A DNA stretch of 64,000 nucleotides, taken from a virus (Duplodnaviria; Caudoviricetes). The stretch covers positions 1-64,000 of the IMG/VR virus record IMGVR_UViG_3300037249_001405. One strand, written 5' to 3'. The notes beneath the pieces were generated by a model. That model was not told where the DNA came from. It did not search any database and saw nothing but the letters and a program-made list of their open reading frames with translations. Below, piece after piece: positions 59,719 to 64,000 of this stretch (positions are counted from its first letter, which is position 1; the number at the start of each line of letters is the position of its first letter). A program made the translations under genes and the position numbers.

Positions 59719-59961
59719 ATGACAGAGAATGAAATTATAAAAGTAATAGAGTGTCTCCTTGGTGGTGAAATTGACACATCCTCTTGTAATTTTGAGCAGG
59801 GAGTGAAGCGATTGGAGAAATTTATTTCTATTATGAAAAGGTTCTACACAAAAATAGATAATTTGGCGTGGAACCTTAAGGATGCTCAAACAGGCCTTAA
59901 AGCGGAAGCTAAAAATCTTTGTGAAGAGTACCTTAATTGGGCTGCCGGGAAAGAAAAATAA
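59719..59961 (+). CDS. Small hypothetical protein
   Basis: 80 aa, AT-rich leader. Confidence 0.55.
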   Translation: MTENEIIKVIECLLGGEIDTSSCNFEQGVKRLEKFISIMKRFYTKIDNLAWNLKDAQTGLKAEAKNLCEEYLNWAAGKEK

Positions 59962-59977
59962 GAGATAGTTAGTGGAG

Positions 59978-60012
59978 AAAAAAGAAGAGGATTAATCCTC
60001 TTCTTTTTTTTT
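59978..60012. terminator. Bidirectional terminator
   Basis: AAAAAAGAAGAGGATTAATCCTCTTCTTTTTT palindrome. Confidence 0.8.
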
Positions 60013-61215
60013 TTATTTGCGTTTCTTTTTTCTATTTTTATATAAATAATAACTTCCTAAACCTAACCCAGCAATTCCTGCTGTAACCAAACCAGCTTTT
60101 GCTAAGTTATTTAGTTTTAGTCTAGAATTAATTACAGGTTCCTTGACATTATTACCTTTTTGTGGTGTTATATCAATAGTGTCTTTAATTACTCTTTTAT
60201 TGTTACTATTAATTTTATCATTACTACCGTGAGACTCTACTTTTTCTTTTTCTGCTTTGGTTTTGGATATTTTCTCTTCTACTATTTTTTGTTCATTAGC
60301 AGCTTCTTTAACAAAATCTTCTTTCGTTGTAGGCTGTGTAGATTGTACTGTGGGTTTCTTTAAATCAATTCCCATTAACTTTGCTATTCTTCTAGTATAA
60401 GCATCACTAGCATCTAATTTTTCTTTTGGTATTTTCTTGATTGTATTCAAATATGTATTGAAATTATCTTTAGTAACAGCAGCAAAAGGTATTTGAACTT
60501 TTATTTTCTCAGGAGGTACTGTTATCACATTATTCCAATCAGTGATTCTCCACTCTAAATTATTATACAACATCTCTGGTTGTCTACCCTCTTCAGAAAC
60601 ATCACACACAAGTCTAATTAAACACTTATGTGGATCTTGTGCAAATCCACCCTCTCCATCTATTAAAGATAGCTGTTGATAATGTAGCGGATACCTACTA
60701 TCTTTGTACAAGCCAACTATATTAGGTTGTCTATAATCTTTTAGTTTTTTATACTTTATAGTATTATCCCCCTTGATCTTTATTCTTTCTATATCATTTA
60801 CTAGTCCATCTGGGCTGTGATAAAACCCTTCCTTTACGCGTTCAGTTTCTATAGGAGTCTTTCCGAATAAAATATCTATATCATCTACATTTTTTCCACA
60901 TTTATCCTTTATGAGCTTTATAACTTCATCCTCTACTTTTTCATTGTACTTATGAGCAGCTTCGTTATAAGACTCAATTAGTGGATTAATTCGTTTATTC
61001 CTTTCTATATGTTTATTTATTTTATTTACGGCATCTTTCCACGATATCTGATCTTTTTTCATAAAATCAGTATCTGGTAAGAAAAAAGACAGTGACAAAG
61101 CTCTTCCGCCGTTTCTTGATTTGTTGTTTAATCCTTCTTTAAGAATATTTGGTAAATTTTCTAAAGGAGTATAATGATGGACTATTGTAAATAATTTAGT
61201 TCTATATAATTTCAT
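60013..61215 (-). CDS. Putative ADP-ribosyltransferase-fold cargo protein with C-terminal TM
   Basis: MKLYRTKLFT leader immediately followed by VHHYTPLENLPNILKEGL (DarT/Tpt1-like); LSLSFF; EWRI...VPPEKI; C-terminal AGLVTAGIAGLGLGSYYL plus basic tail. Confidence 0.55.
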   Translation of the reverse strand: MKLYRTKLFTIVHHYTPLENLPNILKEGLNNKSRNGGRALSLSFFLPDTDFMKKDQISWKDAVNKINKHIERNKRINPLIESYNEAAHKYNEKVEDEVIKLIKDKCGKNVDDIDILFGKTPIETERVKEGFYHSPDGLVNDIERIKIKGDNTIKYKKLKDYRQPNIVGLYKDSRYPLHYQQLSLIDGEGGFAQDPHKCLIRLVCDVSEEGRQPEMLYNNLEWRITDWNNVITVPPEKIKVQIPFAAVTKDNFNTYLNTIKKIPKEKLDASDAYTRRIAKLMGIDLKKPTVQSTQPTTKEDFVKEAANEQKIVEEKISKTKAEKEKVESHGSNDKINSNNKRVIKDTIDITPQKGNNVKEPVINSRLKLNNLAKAGLVTAGIAGLGLGSYYLYKNRKKKRK

Positions 61216-61333
61216 TTTTATATTATCTTATTATGTAATCTGAAATGAAAAAAAAAAACAGTTTCCTTATTATTTGATTATAAGGGTAATGTTTATTTAT
61301 AACTATGATATAAAATATTAAAATAGAACAAAA

Positions 61334-62329
61334 ATGATTATACTAAGAACAAAGCACTTTGGATTTTACGACCAAAGCGGTAAATTACTTGAGAAATATA
61401 CTAAAGGTAATGGACTTAAAAGATTTCAAAACTGGAAAGAAGGAATTTTAAGACAGTATAAAACGAGACTTAAAGAAGGAGGTTTGAGTACAGACCTCTC
61501 TGAAAAAGAAATAGAAAATATATTAAAAGAGCAGAGTAGGTCGAGAGATGCTGCAGTAAATACATGGGCCAATGAAAGAAAAAATTTAACTTCTCAAATT
61601 GATAAGAACTCTAAACGGTTAAATGCGATTGCAAAAAAGTTAACAGAGTCAGAAAAAGCTGGTAAAATTAGCCATGCAGAAGCAGAAGCTGGTAAAGATT
61701 TCTATGGAAACGAATTAGGTGGAGCTATTAATATTCTTGAGAATAATAGAAAAAATATAGGTTTAGGACAACTAGGACTAAAAAGGGAACCTAAAGGTAG
61801 ATTTGCAAAATACTCTAAACCAGGAGCTCACGAGGCTTATGATGAATCTAAGATAAATGATTTTCTCAGTGAAAGACAGCAAAAGGCTGCTGCTCAGAAG
61901 AAGCAACAGCAAGCAATAATTGATGCACAAAATGCTAATCAAAATTTACAAGAAAATTTAAATAACGCTAATAAACAAATTAGTGATTTAACTAATCAAA
62001 ATCAATTCTTACATCAGCAGCAGGGTATTCATGCTAAAAACTTCAATAATGAAGTTAATAAAAATAAAGATCTAACAAATAAGTATAAAGATCTAGATAG
62101 CAGATATAATGAATCTGTAGAAGAAATTAAGAGATTGCATGAGAAATACAACAAAGATGTTGAAGGGTTAATTAATTCGCACAAGAATAGTATGTCTGTT
62201 GTTGAAAAAGAAAAGAAAGAGTTAGAGGATTCTAGAAATAAGTGGAAATACGGTGCTTTTGCGGCCGGTGGTTTAGGTTTAGCTGGAACAACGGCTGCAG
62301 CTATAGCTGCTAGAAGTAAAGATGAATAA
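61334..62329 (+). CDS. Cargo coiled-coil protein with C-terminal TM
   Basis: MIILRTKHFG leader; WKYGA-zipper end shared with 49409-50479. Confidence 0.6.
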   Translation: MIILRTKHFGFYDQSGKLLEKYTKGNGLKRFQNWKEGILRQYKTRLKEGGLSTDLSEKEIENILKEQSRSRDAAVNTWANERKNLTSQIDKNSKRLNAIAKKLTESEKAGKISHAEAEAGKDFYGNELGGAINILENNRKNIGLGQLGLKREPKGRFAKYSKPGAHEAYDESKINDFLSERQQKAAAQKKQQQAIIDAQNANQNLQENLNNANKQISDLTNQNQFLHQQQGIHAKNFNNEVNKNKDLTNKYKDLDSRYNESVEEIKRLHEKYNKDVEGLINSHKNSMSVVEKEKKELEDSRNKWKYGAFAAGGLGLAGTTAAAIAARSKDE

Positions 62330-62367
62330 AAAAAAAATAATAGGCATTTAAGCCTATTATTTTTTTT
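62330..62367. terminator. Bidirectional terminator
   Basis: AAAATAATAGGC-ATTTAA-GCCTATTATTTT. Confidence 0.75.
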
Positions 62368-62883
62368 ATCTTCCTTCTTTTTTCCTCATTTCTTTCCTTC
62401 TTCTTATAGCCTCCTCAGCATTTTCATTTATTCCTGGTTTAGCCTTTTTATTAACGAATTTAGAAGCGTAATAGTCTAAGGCCGCTCCAGACAGAGAACC
62501 TGCTGCAACAGCTCCTGCCTTCCTTAGGTTACCAGGTTTACCGTAAAGTTCATGTAAACCATGACCCATTAATCCACCACCTAAAGCACCAAATCCAGTA
62601 GCAATTTTCTGATGGACATCAGAAGCTTTGTCGTATGAATCATTAGCAATCTTTCTAATCTGTTCATCAGATTTTCCTTCTCTGATTCCCTGATTTATCT
62701 TATTTTTAGCGTGACCATAAGGGTAGGCCATCCAGGGGAAAAACCCTTTAAAGTTACTTGCATATTTGGCTTCTCTTTCTAGATCCTCATCAGTTGTATT
62801 TTTTTTTTCCCGAACATCTTCTGAATAGCATAATTTACACCATCCTCAAATGCTTCACTATAAATTCTTTCCTCTATACTCAT
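62366..62883 (-). pseudogene. Cargo glycine-zipper gene split by a frameshift in an A10 tract
   Basis: ATG 62883 gives MSIEERIYSEAFEDGVNYAIQKMFGKKK; one extra A in the tract at 62799-62808 would join it to ORF 62366-62731. Confidence 0.7.
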
Positions 62884-62884
62884 T

Positions 62885-63403
62885 TTATTTTTTATCTTTA
62901 TTATCTTTTTTCTTAGATAAATAATGTGAGAGAGCTCCTATACCAGCACCAGCTGCTACTGGTATACCGATAGAACGCGAAGTTACCTTTTTTGCTAGTT
63001 TTTCATAGGTTGGCTTAAGTCTCTTTATTTCACTCTCGTTTAATCTATTAAGTCCTCTAGCCACTTTAGCTTCCTCCGCTAATTCAGCTGCTTTTTTACT
63101 ATTTCCAACCATTCTGTGGTGCATAGAGTATTCATCAGCATACTTAGCTCGTCTTTCCATCTTATTTCTATCAGAGATAGCTTCTTGATACTTCTTATTA
63201 ATACTGTCAAATTCTTTTAAAGTATCTTTACCTACTAGATTACGCCCAAGGAAAGCCCCAGCACCAAAGCCTAAACCAGCACCAGTAAGTGAACTTCTTA
63301 GATAACTGCCCTCATTTTTTTCATCATCACCAAACATTCTCTGGATAGCGTAATTTACGCCATCTTCAAATGCTTCACTATAAATTCTTTCTTCTATACT
63401 CAT
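62885..63403 (-). CDS. Cargo glycine-zipper protein
   Basis: MSIEERIYSEAFEDGVNYAIQRMFG leader; two zippers; KKKDNKDKK tail. Confidence 0.65.
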   Translation of the reverse strand: MSIEERIYSEAFEDGVNYAIQRMFGDDEKNEGSYLRSSLTGAGLGFGAGAFLGRNLVGKDTLKEFDSINKKYQEAISDRNKMERRAKYADEYSMHHRMVGNSKKAAELAEEAKVARGLNRLNESEIKRLKPTYEKLAKKVTSRSIGIPVAAGAGIGALSHYLSKKKDNKDKK

Positions 63404-63405
63404 TT

Positions 63406-64000
63406 TTATTTTTTATCTTTATTCTTAAAATATTTTTTATATAAATCATTAGTTAGAAGAGCTGTTCCAACACCTACAGTGGCGCCTAGAGCTGCTCTAG
63501 GATAGATAGATTTACGTAGATCACTCCTGAAAATTCTTTTTGCTTCTGGATTTTGGTCACAGACATCTTTTATCTTTTTATATAATTTCCAAGAAGGTTT
63601 TGGTGACTCTGTAGGCTTTTTAGTATCAGCATCGATAAATTTAATGTTTTTCAGATGTTGATCTCTACCATTAACCGCTCCAAAATAACCACCCATTAAT
63701 CCTGTACTAATTGGCACTACTAAATCATCTCCACTACTCTCTTTAGTAGATTCAGGTTTACTATAAAATTTATTTTTCCATCTATCAAATTTATCCTTAT
63801 TTCTTTCCTCTCTTCTTTCCTCTTTTTTCTTCAAAGATTGGTGTACAGCAAAACCTATACTCAAAGCACCTAATCCTATTAAGCCGGATTTCCAAGGATT
63901 TTCTTTAACCCATTTAACTGCACTTTTCCAGAGACTAGGCTTTACTTCACCTGTTGTAGCGTCTTTAACAACATTAGCTGGTGCAGCATTATTAGCTGGA
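63406..64000 (-). CDS. Multi-module cargo protein, partial (start beyond window)
   Basis: Frame is open upstream of the TTG at 63864 to the window end (PANNAAPANVVKD...WKSGLIGLGAL); internal NKFYS. Confidence 0.6.
   Translation of the reverse strand, partial: PANNAAPANVVKDATTGEVKPSLWKSAVKWVKENPWKSGLIGLGALSIGFAVHQSLKKKEERREERNKDKFDRWKNKFYSKPESTKESSGDDLVVPISTGLMGGYFGAVNGRDQHLKNIKFIDADTKKPTESPKPSWKLYKKIKDVCDQNPEAKRIFRSDLRKSIYPRAALGATVGVGTALLTNDLYKKYFKNKDKK

Noticed and set aside
49363-60012. Shared GGATTAATCC palindrome as an operator or recombination site
   Set aside because: Both copies are centres of bidirectional terminators between convergent genes, which is sufficient explanation.
3923-60363. 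Numerous short antisense or alternative-frame ORFs in the track (e.g. 3923, 4253, 7474, 41097, 41739, 57936)
   Set aside because: They overlap well-supported genes or structured RNA, mostly on the opposite strand, often use non-ATG starts and show shadow-frame composition.
1-64000. Alternative genetic code (TAG or TGA recoding, as in Lak or some crAss-like phages)
   Set aside because: Long genes are intact under the standard code, and TAG/TGA end genes at sensible positions (e.g. capsid TAG before a terminator). The only in-frame interruption seen is a TAA.

Overview
This is a 64-kb, AT-rich, gene-dense piece of a large contractile-tailed (T4-superfamily-like, probably jumbo) phage, covering much of its virion morphogenesis region. 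Recognisable genes are terminase large subunit, prohead protease, acidic scaffold, gp23-like major capsid protein, neck proteins, two sheath-like genes, tail tube, tail chaperone pair, tape measure with an M23 peptidase, baseplate wedge/hub genes, an RNA-ligase-family nucleotidyltransferase and a Dps/ferritin-like protein. No portal gene was recognised. Genes lack Shine-Dalgarno motifs, which suggests a Bacteroidota host (inference). Two unexplained systems stand out. (1) About 25-30 proteins carry a [K/R]-x-[F/Y]-[S/A/G/T] signal, often in a short basic/hydrophobic N-terminal leader or a reused YSEAFEDGxxYAIxxMF linker. The same motif recurs in the protease, scaffold and capsid protein, but not at the N-termini of tail proteins. 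I infer a prohead-protease cleavage/packaging signal for a large, modular, shuffled set of capsid cargo: glycine-zipper membrane peptides, polyproteins, two ADP-ribosyltransferase-like proteins and a zincin. (2) A cluster of structured non-coding RNA candidates lies at 56.0-58.9 kb: a clear type III hammerhead ribozyme nested in a pseudoknot, plus two multi-pseudoknot RNA candidates, alongside repeated promoter-hairpin cassettes. There is also a candidate +1 frameshift (UUU_CGA) in the tail chaperone pair. All product calls come from motif recognition by eye; no database searches were run.
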